Assembly (NCBI GenBank): GCA_963693365.1
Contig: CAVNZM010000005.1
Location: 2,160,342 to 2,224,341, forward strand
DNA from: Amoebidium appalachense
Taxonomy: Eukaryota; Protista; Ichthyosporea
Reading direction: 5' to 3'
DNA: 64,000 nucleotides
A model generated the notes under the pieces. The model saw nothing but the letters and a program-made list of their open reading frames with translations, searched no databases and was not told where the DNA came from. The translations under genes and the position numbers were made by a program. Positions 1 to 52,392 of this stretch are shown here, piece after piece; position 1 is the stretch's first letter; every line of letters begins with the position of its first letter.

Positions 1-220
1 GGCATGTCTCCCCCCCCCCCCCCCCCTCCGCACCTTCTCGTCCTACCCTCTAGATCCCGTTTACTTGTTCCAAGTGTAAAACACGTCCTCGCCCCCCCTC
101 CCCCCCCCCCCCCCTCCACCCCCCCCCGTCTCCCACCTTTCCTCCCGGCTTTCCCCACCATCCTTCTAATAAGGAGTTGGCTACCATGACAATAGCTGAC
201 ATGCGCGTGGCCCAACCCAG

Positions 221-35012
<34,792 letters not shown>

Positions 35013-35693
35013 CACCTGGCGTAAACTAGACACGCGTTGCATTAACAGATATAAATACAGGATGTAATTGGTTGTAATTCAATCGGAATTTCTAGAATCT
35101 GCATGAATGATTGATGCATATACTGTTGTGGTGCATAGGTTGGAAGACTGATAAAGCGGCGCATCATATAACTAGTTAGTGGTGACATTTGGTTCCAGAT
35201 GATGTTTGATGGTCTAGACCTACAGCTTAATAGAGGAAGACTAGTACTGCTTGATGTACAGCGTCTTCGTGTTCTGATTTTGCAACATGCCCCGTGTTTC
35301 ATCCCTCTGTAATCTCGTTGGCTCTGTTGTCGCACGAAAGTAGTCTCTTACCGTATGAATGAATGTATGATGTAAACTTTTAATGATCTTTGTAGGACCG
35401 ATTAGAGACAATATCAAACTAATGCGGGTAGGTAATCTGGACGAACAGATTGAGTCAGTACATGTTTGAGTGAATGATTTGATAGACTCTCCATAGTGGA
35501 AAACTCAGAAGAAAATGGTAGGAGTCGAGCACCCAAGGCCTGGGGCGCCTTCAACCCACCAACAATACAGGTGTGACCGTTTTCTTCGCAAAAGAAGCGA
35601 AAAAACGCAATATGTCGACAGTTATATATTCGTGAAACAGGATTCTCCGAGACGGGAGCCTATCTATGATGTGGTGCTGAGTCCCCCCTTCCC

Positions 35694-35746
<53 letters not shown>

Positions 35747-36764
35747 CAGCCCAGCTCACCCAGCCCACCCACCCACCCACCACCACCACCACCACGACAA
35801 CACACAAACAAAAGAAAAAAGAAAGGAAGGAGAGAGAGAAATGGCCAGAAAGTTCGAGTATTCGTACCACAACTAACGCCTTCCCAGTAAAACTGCACGT
35901 TTTTATAAAACTATCAAAAAGTAGGAATACTGATCCCGACCAAAACGAATACACGACCCACACATGTACTTATAATTTAATCATAACAGTGCGCACTGCA
36001 CACGGTCTTGTAAGGCTTTCAATCAGTGGTACATAGTAGAAATACAAACAGTTCACGATACAATAATCTACGACATCACATCATGATAGAATGACACCAA
36101 ACACTGTGCCTTCGATATGCTTGAACACGGCGTTATGTGGTGACTGAATGTCAGGCCTAGTAACCACACAAGGGCAACATGGACACTACATAGGTATTAT
36201 CATGCACTCGAGACTCTGATAAAGTCGTAAACGATACCCGAAATGGCTTTCTGAAAATAGAGCTGTGATAAGAACAAATACGAAAAAACGGCTTAACATG
36301 AAGGGGTTTCTAAACTACATTATATCACTGAATCCAAGGCCTTCACACGATTTAGGCTATCTTTCTTCACATATGTGCAAACTTCAGACGAAGCCCCAAT
36401 TACAATCACTGTATCACACTGATCAAGCCTTCAACGTTCTTATAATACTCCGTATATGTCGACTGCCACAGGCAACGGCAGTGCTATAGGAATGAAGAGC
36501 CAGCATGTCGACCCCCAAGGTTTCAAACTTTTCCTAACAGTGCATCACTTGTTCCTAAAAGCATCAGGGATTAATGGCTAAGCTGGGGTTTCAATTTCCA
36601 CTTTCTCAACTTCAGTTCCGACAACATTTTTTGCTCAATCCAACTACATCCACCGGTGCTTGTTCATACGCCACGAGTCTTTTTGTCGTATGCATGCTTG
36701 CGTCCAAAGGCACGAATACCCAACGCAATCAACGCTACGCCACACACACAAGGCCATCACGTGT

Positions 36765-37076
36765 TCATTTTCCAGAACCAATAAGGTAAGTACAGCCCTC
36801 CTTGGTAGCAGCATTATGGATTGTCCCGGCCGGAAGAATCAACTTGTCTCCAACAGAGAGGGAATAGTCTTTCGAACATAGCACGTCAGTGAACGTAATA
36901 GATCCCCTCAGAACGAGTATCACCTCATCGTGAGGATGTGAGTGCGTCCCATACACCTTTCCGGGCTGGTCTGTCCACTCAAAGTAGCTCTTACAGAGAG
37001 CGTTGGCTGCTTTCAAAGCCTCCTCTCGACTGCCAAACTGGTTTTTTTCAACCTCAACTTTGGATTGCTGGGCCAT
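36765..37076 (-). CDS. Small single-domain cupin (about 103 aa), intronless
   Basis: ATG at 37076 (MAQQSKVEV...). Cupin motif 1 GKVYGTHSHPHDEVILVLRG and motif 2 GDKLILPAGTIH with the 3-His/1-Glu metal ligands intact; stop at 36765. Confidence 0.88.
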   Translation of the reverse strand: MAQQSKVEVEKNQFGSREEALKAANALCKSYFEWTDQPGKVYGTHSHPHDEVILVLRGSITFTDVLCSKDYSLSVGDKLILPAGTIHNAATKEGCTYLIGSGK

Positions 37077-38364
37077 ATTGGTGGAGCAAGAACGGGTAAA
37101 CCAAGGCACTCGACGTAGGTTATGTGGAGGTGGTGGATCAAGAAAGAGAAACCAAGGCACTGGATTCCTAGGTTGCTAACGGAAAAAGTAAACAATGCGT
37201 GTTAACAGCCTTTGTTGTGAGTGACAAAGCGATGACGAGTGACGAATGTTCTCTGGGAAAAAGCAGAGAAGAACTGACCATAAGTTTGGCGGTAGATAGA
37301 CACTAAGCTAAAAAGTACAAGGGCCTTCTTGCAATGGTGTTGAGTCCGGAAACAAAGGAACCTGAAACGGTGGTATTTCTCAACCAATTTTCGTGGACAA
37401 AGGATGCTGTAGGATCAAAAATTGGGAAGAATTTTTCTCTCAGAGCCTTGTGCAAGTTTTCAAAAACTCTAGACTAAGCAAGCAGGAAGAAACTGAACTG
37501 TAATGACGGTACCGTACACCGCTTTGTAATGAAGAAATGGAAGGGGATGGAATGGGGCAAGCCGCTGCCAGGCATCATACCCCCTAGACTCTTGGTGGCT
37601 CACATCATCGTGCCGGCCCCCGATAACAGCGATTTCTGGAGGGTTGTTTGGTTTTCTTGTAGCAGTAGATTACAATTGTAAGTTTTAGTTTCCATAATAA
37701 ATTAAATTAATAAAATAAAACAATTGCCGCGCTGGAGTCAGCCTCTCAGTAAACAGCCGTTACATAAGATTAGGTTACCAAGGGAAGCCAGGGGGCCAAT
37801 CAGGTAAAGGTAATTATCGTAATCACAACATTACCCAATAAGATACATCTAAATATAGCTATATATAGATAATGTTGTTCCCCCACACAAAAACAGAAGC
37901 ATTGGATTGGCTGAAAATGTCTTCTATACTCCCGAGTTGGGGGGTAACCTCTGATCGATTCGATCATCAAGCAAAGCTTAGCAAGTTGCCAAGCAACCAA
38001 GCAGCAAGCCTGTTATGTTCGTCTTTTACATAATTTTAAGGTTTAAAGTTACAGCCTTCACCATAAAAAGTAACGAAAGTTACGAAACAAATCATTTGCC
38101 AAACAAGTCTTGGCCCTCGGGAATGGGATGTTCGAAAATCTTTTCCGTCCTGTATCCCCCCAACATAGATCGATGGCCCTTGGGGCCGGCAGAGTTAGAC
38201 TCTTGTGTCTTGAGCCTCTTGCGTCAATTGGTTTCGCACGCTGGGTCCAAAAACCTCAAATTTTCCCCGGCGGGGCGGGGAGGGAGAATTCAAAAAATTG
38301 CCCGCTCCTGATATGGTACCCGGGCCCCCGGCCTGTATATTCGGTGTGAGTTATACACAGCATT
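37077..38364. promoter_or_regulatory. Divergent intergenic region (probable bidirectional promoter region) between the cupin and the cytochrome b5 fusion gene
   Basis: Head-to-head ATGs at 37076 (-) and 38365 (+). The region is free of microsatellites and has AT-rich patches near 37680-37725 and 37850-37870. Confidence 0.45.
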
Positions 38365-43113
<4,749 letters not shown>

Positions 43114-43589
43114 GGTTGTTCTTTGTTGTGCACATGATCTCTCTTCTCGCTTTTTAAATTAACGTACGTGCACACAACTATGAGCTGAAACCGCTGTAGA
43201 TAATGCGAGTGCACATCTACAATCCCCCCCTAGCGAGGCTGGGCCAAAACCCTAGGACCAGATACATGATCCAGTAGCTATGATTAGTGACGGTGCATGG
43301 TAGGAGATCTTAGCCCCCAAATGGGACCCTACGCGACGACTCCGGGGAATAAACGGGATAAAATAAAAAGGAGTAAAAAATCTAGCTGGACTTGAGTGCA
43401 CTCAGTTGCACTCGCGTACCTGATCCAAAACGGATACATATTGGGCTTTTTTTCCGTCATGTGCACGTACATTTCTACTCTGATTCTCGCGGCTGTACAC
43501 GGAACACGCGCATATGCGCCTGCGCGTGCCCCACACACAGACACACAAGCACTCAGCATTCACAGACTGTCACACACACACATGTACAT

Positions 43590-43660
<71 letters not shown>

Positions 43661-45450
43661 GCGGTGTGACCGGGCTAGTGACTAGTGACTGGCAGTGCAC
43701 GTGCCACGGACAACACCCGCACAAACCATATTACCCACATGTACATGCATGCATGCAGACATACAGTACACGGAATCAGGGGGTACCCGTACACCCATGC
43801 GTGCCTATATATAACTGTTTCTTATGCCCGGTGGACGGCTCACACCACACACTTCTCAAATATATCTATCTACTACAATAAGGAAAACTGAGAACGTCAC
43901 ACAGTGACTCTGGTGGCACACGCCGTTGAGTACTAACATGCGGTGGCTGGTCGATTTTGCCGCAGGCGCATCATGATGATGCACATGGCACGGCCGTTGT
44001 GCGTACTGTGTCAAACAGTGCACACACGAACCCGCACACACACACGCGCGCGCGCGCGCGCACAGTGTCACACATACACACACGCAGACACACACACACA
44101 CGCGCGCGCGCGCACACACACACGCACGCACACACAAACCGGGCCGTACACTACTACGGTACTGCAGTGTCTGGCTCCATGGCAGTGGCAGGCAGGCTCA
44201 GGGCACGTATGAACACACGCACACGCACACACACGCACGCACACACACGCACACAGCCTTCCATCCGTGCCTCGTGATCTTCTCAGGTGTCCTGCAGGGC
44301 CCGAGAAGGTTTCTCAAGCGGAAAATCTTCAGCATTTTCTCATTGCAGCCGTTGACTTCTGAAACGCGTGTTCAAACACTGTACATGTGCGCACACGTGC
44401 ACCTAGCACGCGTGGGTTTTAGTCCGTGGAATGCGGCAGTAGTTTACGTATGCTGCTGGATCTTATCAGGAATGCTAGTCTCCAAGGCTATGTACCCACT
44501 GGCTTACGTAAATGGCTGAGCACTAGGCTACTACAATGGTTGTACACATACGCCGGGCCGCAGGGAGTCAGCACTCAAAGTGACTACAGGGATGCTTAAA
44601 AATGTGCCTGGACGCCTTGGCAGGCTGGAGGCCCTGGACGGATTTCGACTGTTGCTACGACCTCCACAGCTGTTTCTGTTTCCGTTAAACAAACAAGCTG
44701 AGGGGATGGGATTTAAGTTTCTGTTATAATGACGAGCGACTGAAAGAGGATTTTCCCCCCTGCTTCTTATTGCTTGCCTACCTTGCGTTACAGCTACAGC
44801 CTCGTTACCGATCACATTCCAAACGCATTCCATGCGGGTATCAGATCTATTCTAACGAGATCTGATGCCGTCTTTTATATATATACTGTCCAGGTTTTCA
44901 TTCTCCTTGCGCGGTGTTACAATCTCTCTTATTACTACTCTACACCTTGTTTTCTTTTTTAGATTTTTTTTTTCTTCTTTTTTTTTCCTCCCGCCCTCCG
45001 GATCCAGGTGCACGTTCTGATACGGGTAGTTACCATAAACAAGTACGACGTCGTACGGCAACGAGTATGTCTCAGCGTGACCATGAGGCATGTACATCGA
45101 TAGCGTGACCAATGGAAATGTTAGAGACCATGTGTGGCTTTTTCATAAATTTACTATCTACCCTGATGGCCTGAGGCTAGCCTATCACTACGTGGGTAGT
45201 ATCATGATCAAGATGCACTGCATGGGCTGCTAGCTGCATGGCCGCATTCGAACCGCAGTCTTTTCAAGTTGAACTCAGTACGTGTTGTGCTTCGTTCGCC
45301 TTACACCGTGTACATGTAGCTCTTTTCACTGCTTGACCACAGCAGTACCTTTCATAGCTGCAATGCTTTTGCATGCATCACGGTTTTCCCATGCATGACG
45401 TGGATGTGGCCCTACATGCTAGATTGACCCGGGGCCGCTAAAGATCTAGA

Positions 45451-46690
45451 ATGTCTGAGGGGTCTGGGCGGCCAGTCTCACAGCCACGGTCTGTAGCACA
45501 TTTGCAGTCCCCAGGACGGAACACATGTACATGTGCACGGTCCGTTTTTTTCCTTTGCTTTCTTTTTATTTCAATTTTTTCCCACACACATGCGGCTGAG
45601 GTGATTGTCCTCGCTGGAACAGACACTCTCACACAATCCATACAGACAGCAAACGATGGAGACACACTTCTTTTGTCGGGCCTCTACAACATCAGCACAC
45701 CAACGGTGTGGGTCAACAAAACTATTCATTTTACGGGAACAGGGACAAATGACACTGTGATTGAATTTGCCAGTCCAGGGCAAACCAACATAACGTTCAC
45801 GCGTACGCCTGTTCCCACTGTTGGGTTTGTGCTGTCACCCACGGGCCTGGAGTCGAGTTTTCGCAGGGTGGTGCTGCGGGGGGCCAGTGGGGGCACGGCA
45901 TGTGGGCTGGTGCAGCCGCAGGCACTGAACATGTCGTTTGCCGTGGAGGTGGTCGATGTGAAGCTGCAGAGCAACCACGTGAGGCTGCTGGCAGGTGCGG
46001 GTGACTTCCTCTAGTTCCCACCCTTCAAATTCATCCCCCTTCCCCCTTCCTCCCCCTTACAAAACCCCCCGGCCTTTCCCACCTTCCCCTTCTTAGGAAA
46101 GAAAGAAAGAAAAATAAGGAGTCCTGCTGCTGACGTTCATAGGTGGGGTCCAAGGAAAAACGGGTTTCAAATCAAAAGTTGTCCCAAATCCTTTTTATAA
46201 TTGAAAAAGAAATAAAAAGAAAGAAAAAAACAGGCAGGACCTTAAACTTTAAGATTGCCTATAGGGCCTATATCGGGTCGCAGGGTGATTAGTATTAAGA
46301 ACTTAAATGATTTATGTTATAATATACAGGTATGCAGCCAGATAAAACTGCCTTGGCACTACTGCCGCACACCCCGGATTTTTTAATTGTTTTCACTTGT
46401 TTTTTGTTTTGTTTTGTTTGTTTGGTTTTTTTTTTGGTTTTTTTCTTTGCGTGGGGGGGGAAAGGGGGGGGGAGGGGGAGGGGGGAGGGGGGGGGGGGGG
46501 AGGGGGAAAGGTGCCGGACCGTAGGACGGAACGAAAGCTGTTACAACCACCCTACATATCCCTCCATCCCCCCCCCCCCCCCCCCCCCCCCCCCCGTGAC
46601 CCCCCCGTTTCATCCACCTACCCCCTCCCAATCTCCCCCTCCCCCGTAGCCAACCCTTTTGGACTAGTATGCACTGAGCTTGGGGAGGGT

Positions 46691-46745
<55 letters not shown>

Positions 46746-48190
46746 AGGGACGAGAAGAGCCCTAACTAGGGTACAATCTGTGCTGTGTGGAAGGCGGTAT
46801 TTCCTATGAGTACCTGCGGGGAGTCCTCCGGGAACAAAGCGGGATAAAATAAAAAAATAAAAAAAGAGGGGGGAGGAAGGGGGAGGAAGGGGATGTTATG
46901 AAAAACCCGTAATAACTCTGCCCCTTTGCCCGCATGTGCCCCCCCCCCCCCCCCCCCCCCAGCCTATCCCGACCTCCCCCTTCTTGGGCCCTCCCCCCCC
47001 CCCCCCCCTCCCCCCCACATTCAAAACAAAAAGCCCTGCTGCTGACGGGAGTGGGTGGGGTCCATGGAAAACCGATATTTACACAAGTTGTCCCAAACAT
47101 AAAAAATAAGGTTTAAACTTTAAGATTGCCAATGGGGCCAAATGGGTCGCAAGTTGGTTTGTAATAAGGACTAGAATTACTACTAGCCAGAATTGTGCTG
47201 CCTTGGCGCTACTGCTTCAACCCCCAGTTTTTTTTTGTCACCTCTGTTTTGTTTGTTTGTTTGCTCCTTTTGTTTGTTTGTTTGTTTGTTTGTTTGTTTG
47301 TTTGTTTGTTTGTTTTGGGGGGGGGGGGGGGGGGGGGGGGGGGAGGGGGGGGAGGGGGGAGGGGGGAGGGGGGGGGGAGGGGGGAGGGGGGGGGGGGGGC
47401 AGGCTGCCGGACCGTAGGATGGAACAAAAGCTGCTACAACCAACCCATACATTTCTCCCCCCCCCTCCCCCCGTCCTCCCCCCTCTCACTCAACCACCCC
47501 TCCCGGCCTCTGCCTTCCCCAGGGCCGCCCTGGGCCCTTTTGGATTAGTAAGCACTGGGCTTTTTTTTTTGTTGGGGGGGGGGGGGGGGGGGGAGGGGGG
47601 GGGGGGAGGGGAGGGGGGAGGGATGGAAAACGGGAAGGGGAAGGAAGGTGGAGGAGGGGGGTGTAATGAAAAAACCCGTAACTGTGATCCCCTTGCACAC
47701 AGGCCTTGGGCCGATGTATTCCAGCCGCCGCATCAACAGTCTTCGCTATGGCTCCTGCTCCGTAACTCCCACAATTTCAAACCCCGCAGTCACCTCGACC
47801 TCGGCCCTGCTTTCAGCCACCACCTGTCACAGCTTTCTATTTATAGAAGTCGCATTCAATCAGATTATGTCATGTGAACCCCAAAAGACAATAGAGTCGA
47901 CAGGGTTTGCATCGTACATGAGTTTTGTTGAGGTGACAGTGACAGAAACGGCCGAGGACATGAACCGCACCCAAAATTTCATCCAACCCCTACGATTGAG
48001 ATTCGATCGCCAGAAATCTGTAAACCCTACCATCCAATTTGGGGCTGCTCAGAGCTTCGTGCAACTTTTTTATAAGTACTATAGGATCATTCTTATGTTC
48101 TTGGTGCTTATACTTATTTTTTTGCCTTCGAATGCTCTACGTATGGTATGTGTTTTCAATCAACCCACCTCGGATTGCACCTGTGTTTGA
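45451..48190 (+). CDS. Secreted or surface protein, paralog A (beta-helix-like N-terminus plus Cys-containing beta-sandwich); 3' exons unresolved
   Basis: Exon 45451-45994 (hydrophobic FFLCFLFISIFSHTHA, then [31 protein letters not shown]) splices in phase 1 to 47703 ([19 protein letters not shown]...). Both exons are clearly homologous to 56663-57934. The frame stays open to 48190, but the gene may splice further to short exons between 48650 and 50150. Confidence 0.65.
46120..47702. repeat. Degenerate ~0.9-kb tandem duplication inside intron 1 of paralog A
   Basis: The same anchors occur twice in order: CTGCTGCTGACG, GTGGGGTCCA, GTTGTCCCAAA, AAACTTTAAGATTGCC, CCGGACCGTAGGA, CCTTTTGGA.TAGTA, ATGAAAAA.CCCGTAA. 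Confidence 0.75.
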
Positions 48191-48565
48191 AGCCCCTACA
48201 GGGGGTAGTTCCCAGGATCCTAATGTGGTAGCCGCAGGGGCGTGAAACAGGCCTAGGGCGTCACTAAGTGCTTTGAGTTCATATATTGTTATGCTGTCAG
48301 TTGCCATGTATGTTCATGTCTTTGGCTGTGCCAGTATAGTCAGCGGTCCAAATGGAGTGGCTTGAAAATTTTGTTGACCAGACTGAGTCCTAGGGGCATG
48401 AAATAATGTGATCAATCATTCTATGATGGTCCCGGATTTCCATATTTTTACCAGATTCTAAACTAAATACTAGTGTCAACAGCTGCAGCCTATCCTCCTC
48501 CCCCTCTCCCCCCCTCCTCCCCCCTTCCCCCTCCCCCCCTTCCCTCCCTCCCCCCAACCAAAAAC

Positions 48566-48599
<34 letters not shown>

Positions 48600-48982
48600 G
48601 AGAGAGTGAGAGTGAGATTGAGAGTGAGAGAGAAAGAAAATGAAAAGAAAGAAAGGACTGTTAGTGACTCGAGCGTCACGCCTCAGGTCACAATGCAGAA
48701 TGTATACCAGCAGCAAAGGGTTGCTTTATATTGTACTTTATCCATATTATGTCATGGACTTAGATGTGCTGTTATCGTGATGGTGGCTTAACAAAGTAGC
48801 ACTGTTGGGAAGGGGGGAAGGGGATGGGGAGGGGGGGGAGGGGGGGGGGGGGGGGGGGGGGGGGGAGGGCCGAAGGCAGGACGAGGAGGAGCCCGAGAGA
48901 GGGCGGGACGAGGAGCCTTGCAGGGTATGGTTGCCTTTTGTTTTATTTTATTTTTTATTAGTTTTTTTTCCTTTTTTTTTTT

Positions 48983-49013
<31 letters not shown>

Positions 49014-49172
49014 GAGAATAACATGGCAAAATATACAAGCCCTTATGGTGAAGGCACAACTGTTGGCACAATATCTAGAACGGTTACGGGAAAGCACCCC
49101 CCCCCCCCCCCCCCCCCCCCCCCCACCACCACCACCACCACCACCACCATCACCATAACCACCACCACCACA

Positions 49173-49222
<50 letters not shown>

Positions 49223-50639
49223 GCCAACGTCCAACTGGGTTTCATCAGTGTGGTACTCAAGTATCAGTCTCCCGCTACTTTCGATAGTTATGTGGGCAAC
49301 TCTTATTTGAAGATAAGGTCTCTATTCCACTTTGAAAGCTAAAGGGGTTCATCACTAGTAACCCTATCACTGAACATCATTTACCCCCCCCCCCAACCCC
49401 CTCAACCCCCCAACCCCCCAACCGCTCCCCCCCCCCCCTGGTCACAGGAAAATTTTCCACCGAGAATTTTTCACTAGATCATCTCCCTAGTTTGCATAGA
49501 AAAAAGCTACCTAATCTTGTTCGAAATGGACTTCTGTCTCTGTTTTGTGTTTCTGAATACCTTTTGCCCTGTCTAGGTGCCAATGTGTTTCTCTGTAGGG
49601 TTAAGTTTCAGCTCCATGCCTAATACAGTCATTAAGTCGACTCCAGCTTGCACTTGCATTAGTGCTTTCCCCCCCCCCCCCCCCTCCCCGCCCCGCTCCC
49701 TCCCCTTCCACCCCCCCCCCCCCCTCTTCCCCCCTCGGCACACCCCCCGCTTTATCGTGACGGGGGGGTGATGTAACGGGGGGGGGGGGGTTAGGGGGAC
49801 ATACAGCGGACTTTCTATTGCCCCACCAAAAATGACAGAAACTCAACAAAAACAGCTATTAGAAACTTGTTATTCATACTGTGTTGTTGCTAGCATGACC
49901 AATAATTCGGATCACGAAAACACCCAGTGAAAAACCAATTGTGACACAATAATTCAATTATCACATCATCATCCAGTGCAAAAATATCGCGGACTCCCTG
50001 TGCCCCCCCCCCCCCCCACCCCCCCCCCAGGGGGGCACAAACACCACCCCAACCACATCGACCGGACTTCAGCCCAGGTGACTTCAATTATCGGTTTGCA
50101 CTTCAGACGTATCGGTCTAAATTTCTCATCTGTTGCAGCCAGTTTCCGTGAGTTCAGATGGCAGTCATGGTGGGCCACCCGCCTTTCCTAATTGGTTGTT
50201 TGTTTGGTTGCTGATTTTTCTGAATCCTTTTTGTGGGAACGGTGGGTTTTGGGCGGTGTTGGTGATGATTGTGGTGGTGCTGAAATCTCCTGCCCCCCGG
50301 CCCTCCCCCCCCCCCCCCCTCCCCCGCCCCTCTTCCCCCCCCCTCCCACACCCTTTCTCTTTCCGTCTTCGCTTCTCCCTTTAGCATGATCACAAGCGAA
50401 TTTGATTCGAAGTAAATTATTCGGCCAATAACCCAGAATTTTGTGCAAAAAATAGGATTTTTCTACACAAACAGAACTAATCTGCAAAACCATGATGCTT
50501 TTAGCAGAGTTGGTTGTAGACTCGCAATGTTTTGCCTGATTTCAAAAATAAACTTGTGTGCTGAATGCCCAGATTGAGTCGCCGCTTACCTCTCGACACA
50601 CACACACACACTATACACAAAAACACACGCACACACGTG

Positions 50640-50672
<33 letters not shown>

Positions 50673-50709
50673 ATGAACACACACACACACACACAAACGC
50701 ACACACACA

Positions 50710-50759
<50 letters not shown>

Positions 50760-50789
50760 TGTACACATGCACATTGGTTGGTTCTGTCT

Positions 50790-50832
<43 letters not shown>

Positions 50833-50850
50833 CCCTCTCTCTTGTCGAAT

Positions 50851-50884
<34 letters not shown>

Positions 50885-51356
50885 AGGGGGGGGGGGGGGG
50901 GGGGGGGGGGGACCGTATACCCTGTAAGGAACGAAGACTAAGTAAAGGTTCGAAGGTTGTCTATCATACTATCGAGGTTTCGAAATGATACTATGAATAG
51001 AAGTTCTCTCTCTCTGTCTCTCTCTCTCTCTGCAATTGGCTTTAAGCGTCTAGTGGCTGAGCTTTACCAGTAAGGCTTTAAGTTAGGCGCTCTCACGATT
51101 TAAGCCCAGTGATACCTGCTTTATAGAGGTCGCAAAAACTGGGTTCAGGGAGGCTCTCAATTCGTTTGCCAGACCTTTGCACTGTGAGGGGGAGAGCCTG
51201 GGGGAAAGGAGGAGAAAGGCGGGAAGAGGGAGGGGGAGGGGGGCGGGGGGGGGGGGGGAGGGGGGGGAGAGAGAGAGAAAGAATGAAGGGGGGGGGGGAG
51301 GAGAGAAGGGCAGGGGGGGGGGGGGGGGGGAGGGTTCCGGAAAGGGGGGAAGGAGG

Positions 51357-51406
<50 letters not shown>

Positions 51407-51772
51407 TCGGGGAGAGACTCTGAGAGGGGGGGGGGGGGGGGGGAGAGAGAGAGAGAGAGAGAGAGTAAGAGAGGGGGGGGAGGGGGAGGGGGAGAGAGAG
51501 AGAGAGGGAGAGGGAAGAGAGAAAAAGAAAGAGGGGGGTTGGGGTGGGTGGGGGGAGGGGGGGGGGGGGGGGGGAGCTGGGGGGAGAGCAAGCTTAAGAC
51601 AGAATGATTGCATTCAAGATAATATATCATGGCGGGCGTGGGTGTGTGGTGAAGGACCAATAGACAGCACAGAAATTTGCAATTGAGGTGACACTGTGTG
51701 GCCATGTCTATGTGAGTGACTCTCTGTGTGTGTGATGTGTCACAAAGTCTGTGTCCTTATGATGTCACTGCA

Positions 51773-51871
<99 letters not shown>

Positions 51872-52177
51872 TGTGGTGTGTTTTTGCTTGCACGCCCGCC
51901 GGGTGCGCGGGTGTGCGTGTATGTACATGTGTCTGTTTGTGTGTGGCACGGTGTGAATGTGCCTTATGTGTGGTGTATGTTCAAGTTGTGTGACATCGTC
52001 ACGTGTGCCACACGGCAGCCGCTGCGGCGAAAGTGCGTGTCAGTATGAGCATGTGTGTAAAAATTATTTGTCCGAGCCGCCTGTGTCTGTGTCTCCGTGT
52101 TTCCATACTACCGTGTGTACGGCGGACGTGTGTCAGCGTTTTTTTTTTTTTTTTTTTTTTTTGTCTGTTTGTGTGTT

Positions 52178-52182
<5 letters not shown>

Positions 52183-52245
<63 letters not shown>

Positions 52246-52252
52246 CGCGCGC

Positions 52253-52335
<83 letters not shown>
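52183..52335. repeat. Compound (GT)n(GC)~15(GT)n alternating purine-pyrimidine microsatellite
   Basis: Directly visible. Confidence 0.9.
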
Positions 52336-52338
<3 letters not shown>

Positions 52339-52392
52339 GCGTGCCACGTGTTTGGGTGTGTAAATGTCTCTCTCTGTGTGTGCATGTTTGTG

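Noticed and set aside
37202-37387. Upstream 61-aa ORF as a targeting-peptide exon of the cupin
   Set aside because: It starts at TTG rather than ATG, ends in a stop, and has no convincing splice junction to the cupin frame.
44565-44730. LINE reverse-transcriptase C-terminal-like peptide (ALKVTTGMLKNVP...LEA)
   Set aside because: Short, weak resemblance with no flanking RT motifs.
45235-45312. tRNA or tRNA-derived SINE on the minus strand (GGTTCGAATGC B-box)
   Set aside because: No cloverleaf and only a weak A-box; single occurrence.
50078-50100. GDFNYR inositol 5-phosphatase motif
   Set aside because: Isolated hexapeptide with no other phosphatase motifs nearby.
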